Assembly (NCBI GenBank): GCA_965233585.1
Contig: CBDDTI010000747.1
Span: forward strand, 576,001-640,000
From: a bacterium
GTDB taxonomy: Bacteria > SAR324 > NAC60-12
Direction: 5' to 3'
Length of the DNA: 64,000 bases
Positions 50,811 through 59,908 of this stretch are shown here, in pieces. The notes below the pieces were generated by a model, which had not been told where the DNA came from, searched no databases, and worked only from the letters and a program-made list of their open reading frames with translations. The stretch's first letter is position 1; each line of letters begins with the position of its first letter. A program made the position numbers and the translations under genes.

Positions 50811-50966
50811 GTGATGTGATGTGTTGAAATTCAGAAAAGAAGCATAAAACTTTATTTTCATCAAAAAGTTGAAATTCAGAAAAGAAGTATAACGTTTCAT
50901 TTTTATCAAAATAGTGATGTGATGAGATTCAGAAAAGAAGTCTAACGTTTTATTTTAATAAAAATA
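50811..50966. repeat. Three degenerate intergenic direct repeats (45-53 bp period)
   Basis: Identical core ATTCAGAAAAGAAG at 50829, 50874 and 50927 with similar tails; GTGATGTGATG at 50811 and 50914. Confidence 0.85.
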
Positions 50967-50989
50967 AAGATTGATTGAAACAAAAAGAG

Positions 50990-52768
50990 TTATTGATTTG
51001 AATCGTTTCGCCAGTCTATACGTTCTGCAATTTCTTTTTGAATCTGTTTTAAAAAGAGGTCAGCAGAAATTAATTGTTGTTCTTTTGAACCATAACGTTT
51101 CCATGAGACGTTCTGCAATTTTTGTTCTTCTTCTCCCACGATTAAAAGATTGGGAGTTTTAGACATGGCACCATTGCGGATTTTTTTGCCAAATGAATCA
51201 TTGGAGTCATCAACTTCTACACGAATGAATTGGGACATCAGCATCTTTTTGAGGTTGAAGGCATAGTCGTGAAAAGATGGGGCAACAGGAATAATCAACA
51301 CTTGTGTTGGAGCAAGCCAAGTCGGGAACGCCCCCCCGTAATGTTCAATTAAAAAAGAGCAAAACCTTTCATGCGTGCCAAGAGGGGCGCGGTGGATAAT
51401 AAAGGGCTGATGCGGTTCACCATCTTCTCCGACATAAGAAAGCCCAAAACGTTCGGACATGATGAGGTCAAGTTGATTGGTAGATGCAGTTTCTTCACGC
51501 CCTACGACATTACGCACTTGGAAGTCAATTTTTGGTCCATAAAACGCAGCTTCTCCTCGTTCTGCCTGATACGGCAGTCCGCATTCTTCCATTGCCTCAA
51601 TGACCACTTGTTCTGCTTGTTTCCAAAGTTCAGGCTGGTTGACATATTTTGCAGAGTCTTCCTCGCTCAACGAAAGTCTCATCCAAAAATCAGAAAGTCC
51701 AAAAACTTGATAATATTCAATGTGCATATTGATCACATCAATAAATTCCTGCTTCACTTGTTCTGGGGTGCAATAGATATGGGCATCATTCATGGTCATA
51801 CCACGCACTCGCAACAGCCCTGCCAATTCTCCTGATTTTTCGTAGCGGTAGCATCTGCCATACTCTGCAAATCTGACAGGTAAATCGCGATAGCTATGAG
51901 GTTGGGACTTGAACAATAGATGATGATGCGGGCAATTCATTGGTGTTAAATAAAAAGACTCGCCTTCTTCTGTTTGCATGGGTGGGAACATGCTGTCTGC
52001 ATAATATGGCAAATGTCCTGAACGCAAGTAAAGCTCTTCTTTTGTAATTTCAGGAGTGACGACTCTTTGGTAACCTGCTATAAATTCTTTTTCTTTGGCA
52101 AGTTTTTCAATTTCTTCGCGGATAACTGTTCCGTTAGGCGCCCACATGGGCAATCCTTTTCCAGCAGTTTCATCAATGACAAAAAAGTGCATGGTTTTAT
52201 TGAGCTTGCGGTGGTCTCGCTCCATAGCCAGCTTGCGGTTGCGTTTGAACTGGACTAATTCCTCATTGGTTTGGAACGCCAGCCCATAAACTCGCTGAAG
52301 CATCTTATTTTTCTCTGACCCTCGCCAATACGCCCCTGCAAGAGAATCCAACGCAAACGCATCAATGGGAATCTTGCCCGTATGTTCCACATGTCCCCCA
52401 CGACACATGTCCCAAAATTCATCATTCCAGTATAGCGTCCAATTTGTCTCCCCTTGTTCTTTTAGACTTTCAGCATACTCTGACTTATAAATCTGCCCTG
52501 AACTTTTCAGCTTGTCTTGCAAGGTTTCATAAGACATCTGTTCACATTCAAAAGTTTGCTTAGCACGAATAATCCTTTTCATGCGTTTTTCAAGGTCTTT
52601 TAAATCTTCCGGGACTAGTGGCGTCTCTTCATCAAAATCAAAATCGTAATAAAAGCCTGTTTCAATGGCAGGACCAAATGCCAACTTGGCTTTGGGTCTA
52701 ATTTGTAAAACGGCTTGAGCCAAAACATGAGCGAGTGAGTGACGAATATATTGAAGTTGTTGGTTCAT
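50990..52768 (-). CDS. thrS: Threonine--tRNA ligase (no N-terminal TGS domain)
   Basis: RHSLAH, DMCRGGHV, GAYWRG, RDHRKL, PMNCPHH, AAFYGPKID, IHRAPLG. Confidence 0.97.
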   Translation of the reverse strand: MNQQLQYIRHSLAHVLAQAVLQIRPKAKLAFGPAIETGFYYDFDFDEETPLVPEDLKDLEKRMKRIIRAKQTFECEQMSYETLQDKLKSSGQIYKSEYAESLKEQGETNWTLYWNDEFWDMCRGGHVEHTGKIPIDAFALDSLAGAYWRGSEKNKMLQRVYGLAFQTNEELVQFKRNRKLAMERDHRKLNKTMHFFVIDETAGKGLPMWAPNGTVIREEIEKLAKEKEFIAGYQRVVTPEITKEELYLRSGHLPYYADSMFPPMQTEEGESFYLTPMNCPHHHLLFKSQPHSYRDLPVRFAEYGRCYRYEKSGELAGLLRVRGMTMNDAHIYCTPEQVKQEFIDVINMHIEYYQVFGLSDFWMRLSLSEEDSAKYVNQPELWKQAEQVVIEAMEECGLPYQAERGEAAFYGPKIDFQVRNVVGREETASTNQLDLIMSERFGLSYVGEDGEPHQPFIIHRAPLGTHERFCSFLIEHYGGAFPTWLAPTQVLIIPVAPSFHDYAFNLKKMLMSQFIRVEVDDSNDSFGKKIRNGAMSKTPNLLIVGEEEQKLQNVSWKRYGSKEQQLISADLFLKQIQKEIAERIDWRNDSNQ

Positions 52769-52801
52769 AGCTGAAATTGATTGAAGTTGATTGAAATTGA
52801 C

Positions 52802-54112
52802 TTAAAAAGAGTTTTCTGAAAAAAGGTTTACTGTTCCTATTGTTTGGAGCAAGTTTTGATAAAAACGGAGCATCGCCTCATACTCTTCAAGTGTGATGTA
52901 TTCGTCAACCCCGTGAAGCTGTGCCAGACGTTTTTGATGAAAAGTGATGGGAATGAAACGATAAATTGCATCGCTGATGTCCATGTAGTGCCTTGAATCT
53001 GTTGAGGCAGGAGTGATCCAGGGAACAAGAATCATTTTTTGATGAAAAGTATTTTGAATGACTTGACCCAATTTGGCAAGTACACCTTGCTTCGTGACTT
53101 GAGCCAGTTGCGTTGTAAAATCAGGAGTCTGCTGAAAATTTTCAAAACTATCATTCCATACAACATGATGATGTTTCAGATATTTGGCAATTTGTGTCCT
53201 GATTTGTTTTTTGGGAGTTGCAGGATAGCCCCTGATTTGCAATGTAATCTGTGCTTGTGATGGATTCATGGAGTGAATGGATTGAATCTTGATAGAGCTG
53301 GTGAGTATGGTCTTCATCAAATCATCATAACGAGCCAAAGGGGCGATTATTTTAGATAAGACTTGAGGGATTCCTTGTTGAGTTAAAAATGTTTCAACCA
53401 CTTCAAAATGAAAGGGGAATTTGACACGTTGCAATTCATTTAAGACCTGCAAGGTTTGTGAATGTTGTGATAATGCGGAATGTCCTTGTTGCTTGAAATG
53501 AAGTTTGAGGTTGATTTGCCAGATGTTTCGTTCTGTGATTCCAATCAAGGCAAATTGTTTGACCCCCAAAGGCAGAGGATTGTTGACAAATCCGCCACCT
53601 TCATCAAAAACTGCATCAAGGCGAATGCCCTGTAACTTCAAAAAATTTGCCATTTGTCTAGCACCATTGAAACCCCCTGACTCTTCATCAGCACCAAAAG
53701 CAAAGAATAAAGTATTTTGAGGTTGGAAGTTTTTTTGTAGAAGTGCCTCAATGCCTTCTAAAATGGCAAGCATGGCAGATTTGTTGTCAATCGCTCCCCT
53801 TCCAAAAATCTTTCCTTGCTTGATGACTCCACCAAAAGGGGGGTCGTTCCAATCGTCAGCATTGGCAGGAAAAATATCTTGATGGGTACTCAAAAGAAAC
53901 CGATGAGGTTCTGACAACTGACCTTGCCAAGTCAGTAAAAAACTCTTGCCAAATTGCTTGAACGTTAAACTTTTGAAAGTTTGTGGAAATTCATTTTGTA
54001 AAAAACGGAAAGAATCAACAAAAGCAGGACTGTTGAAGGTGGTTGGGAATTGTAAAAAACGAGACAAACGTTGGGCTTCTTCAAAAGGCTTTGCTTGGCA
54101 GAGAGAGGACAA
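52802..54112 (-). CDS. M20 family metallopeptidase (Gly-X carboxypeptidase-like); start uncertain
   Basis: THQD, GRGAIDNK, ADEE, DEGG, TDSRH, HGVDE. Confidence 0.85.
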   Translation of the reverse strand: MSSLCQAKPFEEAQRLSRFLQFPTTFNSPAFVDSFRFLQNEFPQTFKSLTFKQFGKSFLLTWQGQLSEPHRFLLSTHQDIFPANADDWNDPPFGGVIKQGKIFGRGAIDNKSAMLAILEGIEALLQKNFQPQNTLFFAFGADEESGGFNGARQMANFLKLQGIRLDAVFDEGGGFVNNPLPLGVKQFALIGITERNIWQINLKLHFKQQGHSALSQHSQTLQVLNELQRVKFPFHFEVVETFLTQQGIPQVLSKIIAPLARYDDLMKTILTSSIKIQSIHSMNPSQAQITLQIRGYPATPKKQIRTQIAKYLKHHHVVWNDSFENFQQTPDFTTQLAQVTKQGVLAKLGQVIQNTFHQKMILVPWITPASTDSRHYMDISDAIYRFIPITFHQKRLAQLHGVDEYITLEEYEAMLRFYQNLLQTIGTVNLFSENSF

Positions 54113-54299
54113 GATGAAGAAAGAGAGTAGGCTGTACTTTGCAACTACGAAAGAAAGTGAAAACCCAAATAAATGATTGAAGGATTGATGAACTTGGGTC
54201 AGAGTCAGTGAGGATTGTTGAGGAGTGAAGGAAGTTTTTGAGAGACAACTTGCGACAAAGTAGTCTTCTTCAAAATGAACATCTACAATTTCAAAATTG

Positions 54300-54869
54300 C
54301 TAGATTGTCAGAATTTCTTGTTCTTTTTCAGCAATCAAGTCAGACACTTTTTCAATAGCTTGGTCTGTCATTTTTTGGATTTCGTTGCGTGCTTGCTTCA
54401 AGTCATCTTCAGAGATGGCTTTGTTCTTTTCTAACTGCTTTGCCTCGTCATTGGCATCGCGTCTGATATTCCTGATGGCGACTTTATGTTCTTCGCCTAT
54501 CTGACGCACTTGTTTTGCTAGTTCTTGACGTCTTTCTTCAGTTAAAGAAGGAATGGTTAGTCTGACGACATTGCCATCATTAGAGACAGCACCGCCCAAG
54601 TTTAGCTTTTGGATGCTTCTTTCAATTTCTTTGATCGCTCCCTTGTCCCAAGGATTGACGACTAACAGCTGAGCCTCGGGTGCTGTAATTGCCCCAACTT
54701 GTAGCATGGGAGTCATTTGTCCGTAATATGAAACTTTGACATTTTCCATCATGGCAGGAGAGGCTTGACCTCCTCTGACACCAATTAAATGTTTAGTGAG
54801 ACTTTGCAAAGCCCCGTCCATCTTGCTTGAGGCACTTTCGTAAACGTCTTGTAATGTTGCGCTAGTCAT
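54300..54869 (-). CDS. frr: Ribosome recycling factor (start ATG 54869)
   Basis: VSYYG, PWDK, LTEERR, AIRNIRRDAN; overlaps the pyrH stop. Confidence 0.96.
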   Translation of the reverse strand: MTSATLQDVYESASSKMDGALQSLTKHLIGVRGGQASPAMMENVKVSYYGQMTPMLQVGAITAPEAQLLVVNPWDKGAIKEIERSIQKLNLGGAVSNDGNVVRLTIPSLTEERRQELAKQVRQIGEEHKVAIRNIRRDANDEAKQLEKNKAISEDDLKQARNEIQKMTDQAIEKVSDLIAEKEQEILTI

Positions 54870-55600
54870 AATTTGTTTTGGGAACTGATGAGCGTGCCGA
54901 CATTTTCCCCACAAACTGCTTTGACGAGGGTGTCAGGGGAATTGATATTGACAACCATAATTGGAACATCATTGTCTTGACCAAAGCCGATAGAAGTAGA
55001 ATCCATCACACGCAAATTTTGTGTTAACATTTGGTTATAAGAAAGGCAAGAATACCTCAGGGCGTTTTCATGCACCATTGGGTCTTTGTCATACACACCA
55101 TCAATTTTAGTGGCTTTGATGACGATGTCTGCACCAACTTCTCTAGCACGAAACAATGCGGCAGAGTCTGTTGTAATGCCTGTTTGACCACAACCTGCAG
55201 CAAAGATGACCACACGTCCTTTTTCTAAATGACGAATAGCTCTGCGTTGGATGTAAGGCTCTGCCACTGCATTTGCCTCTATTCCAGACATGACACGTGT
55301 TTTAATCCCGTTGTTTTCCAAAAACTGTTGGAGTAAAAGGCTGTTCATCATTGTTGCCAGCATGCCAATATGGTCTCCTGCAACCCCTTGAATCCCGTAA
55401 TAGTCTATGAATTTTTGACTTCCACGAAAAACATTGCCTCCACCTACAACGATGCCGACTTCCATTGCCTCAAGCTGATAAACAGAGATGATGGCATGTG
55501 TTACAGAATCAAAAGCCTCTTTGTCAAAACCAAACCCTCCGTCACCACTCAGCATCTCCCCACTTAGTTTGAGTATAATCCTTTTGTATTGAGCCTTCAT
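54866..55600 (-). CDS. pyrH: UMP kinase
   Basis: LKLSGE, VVGGGNVFRG, TTDSAA, DGVYDKDP. Confidence 0.96.
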   Translation of the reverse strand: MKAQYKRIILKLSGEMLSGDGGFGFDKEAFDSVTHAIISVYQLEAMEVGIVVGGGNVFRGSQKFIDYYGIQGVAGDHIGMLATMMNSLLLQQFLENNGIKTRVMSGIEANAVAEPYIQRRAIRHLEKGRVVIFAAGCGQTGITTDSAALFRAREVGADIVIKATKIDGVYDKDPMVHENALRYSCLSYNQMLTQNLRVMDSTSIGFGQDNDVPIMVVNINSPDTLVKAVCGENVGTLISSQNKL

Positions 55601-55627
55601 AGCAAAGAATTTGTGTCAAAAACTGGA

Positions 55628-57583
55628 TTAGAATTGTAACTTTGCAAATTGTTGAAGTGTGATTTGAGTGCCAAGTTCTTTGGAAGTGTCTTTGAGAAGT
55701 TGCTCAATCGTTTGGTCTGGGTTTTTGACAAATGGTTGTTTCAAAACACAAACTTCGTTCAGGAATTTTTTAAGACGTCCTGCGACCATTTTCTCAATGA
55801 TTTCGGGAGGCTTACCAGATTCTTGAGCTTGGGCAATAAAGATTTCTTTCTCTTTTTCAATCAATGCGGGATTGATTTCGTCAGGAGAGATAGATTCTGC
55901 AGGAGTCGCAGCAACGTGCATGGCAATATCTTTGGCAACTGCAGAAAGACGGGCTTGGTCGCATTCCCCCTTTGTTGCAAGGGCAATCAGTACACCAATT
56001 TTGCCAGTTGTATGCAGATACCCACCAATGACCCCTTGTTCTACTGAGACTTGCTTGGCGTCTAAAAATTGAACATTCTCACCAAGAGTGGCAATAGAAT
56101 CATTCAAAATCTCTTGGACTGTTTTGTCTGTGCTGACTTTTTGGTCTGCGAAGTCAGCAACCCCGTTGATTTGAGCATGCTTGCTGAGAGTTTGAAGTAA
56201 TTCTAAAAATTGCTCGTTCTTTGCTACAAAATCAGTTTCGCATGCAATTTGAACAAGTGCGGCACTAGTTTGTGAGTCATTGAAAGAAAGACCTATTCCT
56301 CCATCTTTGGTTTCTCGGTCAGATTTTTTGAGGGCTTTTGCCTGCCCCGTTTTTCTCAGATGCTCTTTGGCAGCCTCTAAATCACCCCCAACTTCTTGCA
56401 ATGCTTTTTTACACTCCATCATGCCAGCACCGCTGGCCTCCCTGAGTTCTTTGACTAATTTAGCATTGATCTTTCCGTCTGATTGATTTTCCATTGGTTT
56501 GGTAGTTTTTTCGGGTTCAGGGGTTGTGTCTGCTGGAGCGGCGGCTTTGCTAGCTTCTTTCTTATCTTTTTGGGAAGTAGCTTTGTCGGTCTCCTTAGTT
56601 GTGTTTGCTTGAGCATCGGCTTTGCCAGTTTCTTTCTTACTTTTCTCTGTCTTCTTTTTGGTGTCTGCTTTTTTTGCTTGTTCAGGAACGTTTTCTACTG
56701 AAGGCGAATCAGGGGCGTTGACCTGAACGTTTTCTTTTTGAGACTTGGCTTGAGATGCCTTTTTTTCTTCAATCTGTAAACGTTCTTCTCTCAATGCCTT
56801 ACCTTCTGAAGGCGAATCAGGGGCGTTGACCTGAACGTTTTCTTTTTGAGACTTGGCTTGAGATGCCTTTTTTTCTTCAATCTGTAAACGTTCTTCTCTC
56901 AGCGCCTTACCTTCTTTCACTGCAAGGCACAGAGTTTCTACAAAAAGCCTAATAGAGCGAATAGAATCATCATTGCCCGGTATCATCATAAAAAGGTCAT
57001 CAGGGTCAGAGTTAGTGTCAGCAATTCCAAGCACAGGAATTGAAAGTTTTTGGGCTTCACTAATAGCAAGATGTTCATGGTTACAATCAATGACAAAAAT
57101 GGCAGAAGGGAATTTTGTCATGTTGCGAATCCCCCCAAGCGATTGTTCTAACTTTTGACGTTTGCGATGGATTTGAAGAGCTTCTTTCTTCAGCAAAGAA
57201 GGGTAGCTTTCATCATCTCCTGCAAGGCTTTCATATTCCTCCAGCCTTGAGATAGATTGCCTAATCGTTGCAAAGTTAGTCAGCATGCCCCCCAGCCAAC
57301 GATGGCTGACATAGAAAGAGCCACATTCTGTTGCGTATTGTTTGATGATGTCTGACGCTTGCAACTTAGTACCGATGAACAGAACTTCCTTGCCTTCTTC
57401 ACTCAGTTGGCGAATGTATTCATACGCAGATTTGAGTTTTTGTAGGGTGTGTTGGAGATTGATGATGTGAATCCCCTGTTTTTCCCCATAGATGTAAGGA
57501 GCCATTTTAGGATTCCACCTTTGAGTTTGATGCCCGAAGTGGACACTTGCTTCCACGAAGCTCTGAAGAGAAATATTTGTCAT
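55628..57583 (-). CDS. rpsB-tsf: Fused 30S ribosomal protein S2 and elongation factor Ts in a single 651-aa ORF
   Basis: N-terminal S2 (VHFGHQ..WNPKM, RWLGGMLTNF, PGNDD), about 130-aa charged linker, C-terminal EF-Ts (LVKELREASGAGMMECKKAL, CETDFVA, IAMHVAA, QPFVK) with no intervening stop. Confidence 0.92.
   Translation of the reverse strand: MTNISLQSFVEASVHFGHQTQRWNPKMAPYIYGEKQGIHIINLQHTLQKLKSAYEYIRQLSEEGKEVLFIGTKLQASDIIKQYATECGSFYVSHRWLGGMLTNFATIRQSISRLEEYESLAGDDESYPSLLKKEALQIHRKRQKLEQSLGGIRNMTKFPSAIFVIDCNHEHLAISEAQKLSIPVLGIADTNSDPDDLFMMIPGNDDSIRSIRLFVETLCLAVKEGKALREERLQIEEKKASQAKSQKENVQVNAPDSPSEGKALREERLQIEEKKASQAKSQKENVQVNAPDSPSVENVPEQAKKADTKKKTEKSKKETGKADAQANTTKETDKATSQKDKKEASKAAAPADTTPEPEKTTKPMENQSDGKINAKLVKELREASGAGMMECKKALQEVGGDLEAAKEHLRKTGQAKALKKSDRETKDGGIGLSFNDSQTSAALVQIACETDFVAKNEQFLELLQTLSKHAQINGVADFADQKVSTDKTVQEILNDSIATLGENVQFLDAKQVSVEQGVIGGYLHTTGKIGVLIALATKGECDQARLSAVAKDIAMHVAATPAESISPDEINPALIEKEKEIFIAQAQESGKPPEIIEKMVAGRLKKFLNEVCVLKQPFVKNPDQTIEQLLKDTSKELGTQITLQQFAKLQF
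56698..56915 (-). repeat. 108-bp tandem duplication (36 aa) in the S2/EF-Ts linker
   Basis: Two copies of EGKALREERLQIEEKKASQAKSQKENVQVNAPDSPS starting at 56698 and 56806; two synonymous nucleotide differences. Confidence 0.97.
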
Positions 57584-57853
57584 GTTCGCTTAAAATGCAG
57601 TGAAACGATTGATTAAAAAATTGAAGGTTTGTCAAAAAGCACCATTCTTCTTGAATAAGAAAACGATACGGTTTCAAACGCAAAACCCGTCATTCTAAAT
57701 GGAAATAAAAACAAAAGCAACTACTTCCTTGTTAAGACAACTTAATGTGAGCATGCTGAGAATAGAATAAAAAAGTATTGATATTCTCTAAAAATTCTTG
57801 CAAGATGCTATGTTTGCAACAAATTTTCAACACTTTTATTTAATGAAGGCAGA

Positions 57854-58882
57854 TTGATAATGAACAATCAGAGTAAAAAAGACAATCAAGACGTTGCTGA
57901 AAAGAAAACGACTTTGCAAGAAATTGAAAAAAAACAGGCTTTGAGCATGTTAGAGCAAATCTTGCTGATTCGTAGATTTGAAGAACGCGCCCAAGAGATG
58001 TACCAACAGCGAAAGATTGGCGGGTTTTGTCATCTTTGCATTGGGCAAGAGGCTACAGTCGTTGGCGTAGCCGCTGCGATTCGTGAAGATGATTTTTTAG
58101 TCACTTCTTATCGCGATCATGGATACGGGCTTTTGCTGGGATTATCACCAGAGCAATGTATGGCAGAGTTATTTGGCAAAGTTGATGGATGCGTGAAAGG
58201 GAGAGGTGGCTCCATGCACTTTTTCAACAAGGACAGAAACTTTTTAGGGGGGCATGGAATCGTTGGCGGGCAAATTCCTGTCGGCACAGGTGCAGGATTT
58301 TATGCAAAATATAAGCAGACTGAACAAGTCAGTCTTGTGTTATTTGGTGATGGTGCAGTGGCAGAGGGGACATTCCATGAATCCCTCAATCTTGCATCTA
58401 TCTGGAATTTACCTTGCGTTTACATCATTGAGAACAATAAGTATGGTATGGGAACAGACATTAGCAGGGTTTCATCAGGGGGGCGATTGTTCCAAAAGGC
58501 TCAAGCATACGGAATGGAAGGTTATGAAATAGATGGAATGGACGTCTTTGAGGTGTACCGAAGGATGTCCCAAATTGTGAAAACATGCCGCGAGACTTCC
58601 CGACCTGTGCTTGTAGAAATTCACACGTATCGTTTTAGAGGACATTCAGTTTCTGATGCCGCAACTTACCGCTCCAAAGAGGAACTAGCCAAATACAAAC
58701 AATCAGACCCTGTTTTATTAACCAGAAGTGCTTTGGAAGAGGCAAAATGGTTGACCGAGGCAGAATTTAAAGCGATGGATAAAAAAGTCAGAGAACAAGT
58801 GATGCGTGCCATTGAATTTTCAGAGGCAAGCCCTTTGCCTGACCTTTCTACTTTGCAAGATCAAGTTTATTGTGAGGGATAA
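57854..58882 (+). CDS. pdhA: Pyruvate dehydrogenase E1 alpha
   Basis: GFCHLCIGQEA, YRDH, GGSMH, FGDGA TPP motif, YRFRGHS. Confidence 0.96.
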   Translation: MIMNNQSKKDNQDVAEKKTTLQEIEKKQALSMLEQILLIRRFEERAQEMYQQRKIGGFCHLCIGQEATVVGVAAAIREDDFLVTSYRDHGYGLLLGLSPEQCMAELFGKVDGCVKGRGGSMHFFNKDRNFLGGHGIVGGQIPVGTGAGFYAKYKQTEQVSLVLFGDGAVAEGTFHESLNLASIWNLPCVYIIENNKYGMGTDISRVSSGGRLFQKAQAYGMEGYEIDGMDVFEVYRRMSQIVKTCRETSRPVLVEIHTYRFRGHSVSDAATYRSKEELAKYKQSDPVLLTRSALEEAKWLTEAEFKAMDKKVREQVMRAIEFSEASPLPDLSTLQDQVYCEG

Positions 58883-58886
58883 GTCA

Positions 58887-59870
58887 ATGATGAAAAAAAT
58901 AACAGTGCGCGATGCCATTCGCGAAGCCATGATTGAGGAAATGGAACGAGATGACAATGTCTTTCTTATTGGTGAAGAAGTGGCAGAGTATGATGGGGCT
59001 TACAAAGTTTCAAAGGGAATGCTTGAGCAATTTGGAAGCAGACGTGTTGTGGATACACCCATTGCAGAAAGCGGATTTACGGGGCTTGCAATAGGTGCTG
59101 CGATGGTTGGTCTTAAACCCATCGTTGAGTTTATGAGCTTCAATTTTAGCTTTGTTGCCATGGACCAAATCATCTCTAATGCCGCAAAAATGTATTACAT
59201 GACAGCAGGTCAATACAATGTGCCAATGGTGATGAGAGGGTGCAATGGTTCTGCTGCTCAAGTGTCTTCTCAACACTCTCATTGCCTTGCCGCAAATTTT
59301 TCATATTTCCCGGGCTTGATTGTGATTTCTCCTTCTTCTGCTGAAGACCACAAAGGTTTGCTTAAATCTGCCATTCGCAATCTGAATCCTGTGATTTTTC
59401 TTGAAAATGAAATGCTTTATGGCGTGACTGAAGAAATTCCCAGTGATGAATACCTCATTCCGATTGGCGTTGCAAAAGTGGTGAAGCAGGGGCAAGACGT
59501 CACCGTCATCTCACACAGCAGAATGGTACACGTGGCATCTGATGCTGTGAATCTCTTGGCTCAAGAAGGCATTGATGCCGAATTGATTGATTTGCGGACT
59601 ATCAGACCACTAGACATCAATACCATTGCACAATCTGTCAAGAAGACGAATCGTGTTGTGATTGTTGAGGAGGGATGGCGTTTTTGTGGCATTGGGTCAG
59701 AAATCAGTGACCAAATTTGTAACACATGCTTTGACTATCTTGATGCACCAGTGGCACGAGTCACTTCTACCGATAACCCGATGCCTTATGCAAAAAACTT
59801 AGAACAAGCAACACTTCCTTCTCCAGAAAGAGTGATTCAAGCAGTCAAAGGTATTTGCTACAAAAATTAA
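58887..59870 (+). CDS. pdhB: Pyruvate dehydrogenase E1 beta (start ATG 58887)
   Basis: GEEVAEYDGAYK, DTPIAE, SQHS, DLRTIRPLD, FDYLDAPV. Confidence 0.96.
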   Translation: MMKKITVRDAIREAMIEEMERDDNVFLIGEEVAEYDGAYKVSKGMLEQFGSRRVVDTPIAESGFTGLAIGAAMVGLKPIVEFMSFNFSFVAMDQIISNAAKMYYMTAGQYNVPMVMRGCNGSAAQVSSQHSHCLAANFSYFPGLIVISPSSAEDHKGLLKSAIRNLNPVIFLENEMLYGVTEEIPSDEYLIPIGVAKVVKQGQDVTVISHSRMVHVASDAVNLLAQEGIDAELIDLRTIRPLDINTIAQSVKKTNRVVIVEEGWRFCGIGSEISDQICNTCFDYLDAPVARVTSTDNPMPYAKNLEQATLPSPERVIQAVKGICYKN

Positions 59871-59908
59871 ATCCATCTGCTCAAATTTTAAAATAAAAGG
59901 AAGACTTT

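Noticed and set aside
50811..50966. Possible mini-CRISPR array
   Set aside because: The repeat core is only 14 bp, the intervening sequences are similar to each other, spacing is irregular, and there are no cas genes.
52771..52800. 10-bp tandem (TGAAATTGAT-like x3) just upstream of thrS
   Set aside because: Short and AT-rich; no evidence of function and no room for a T-box leader.
57584..57853. Possible S2 autoregulatory RNA leader upstream of rpsB
   Set aside because: Expected by position, but I could not identify a convincing conserved structure by eye; it needs a covariance-model search.
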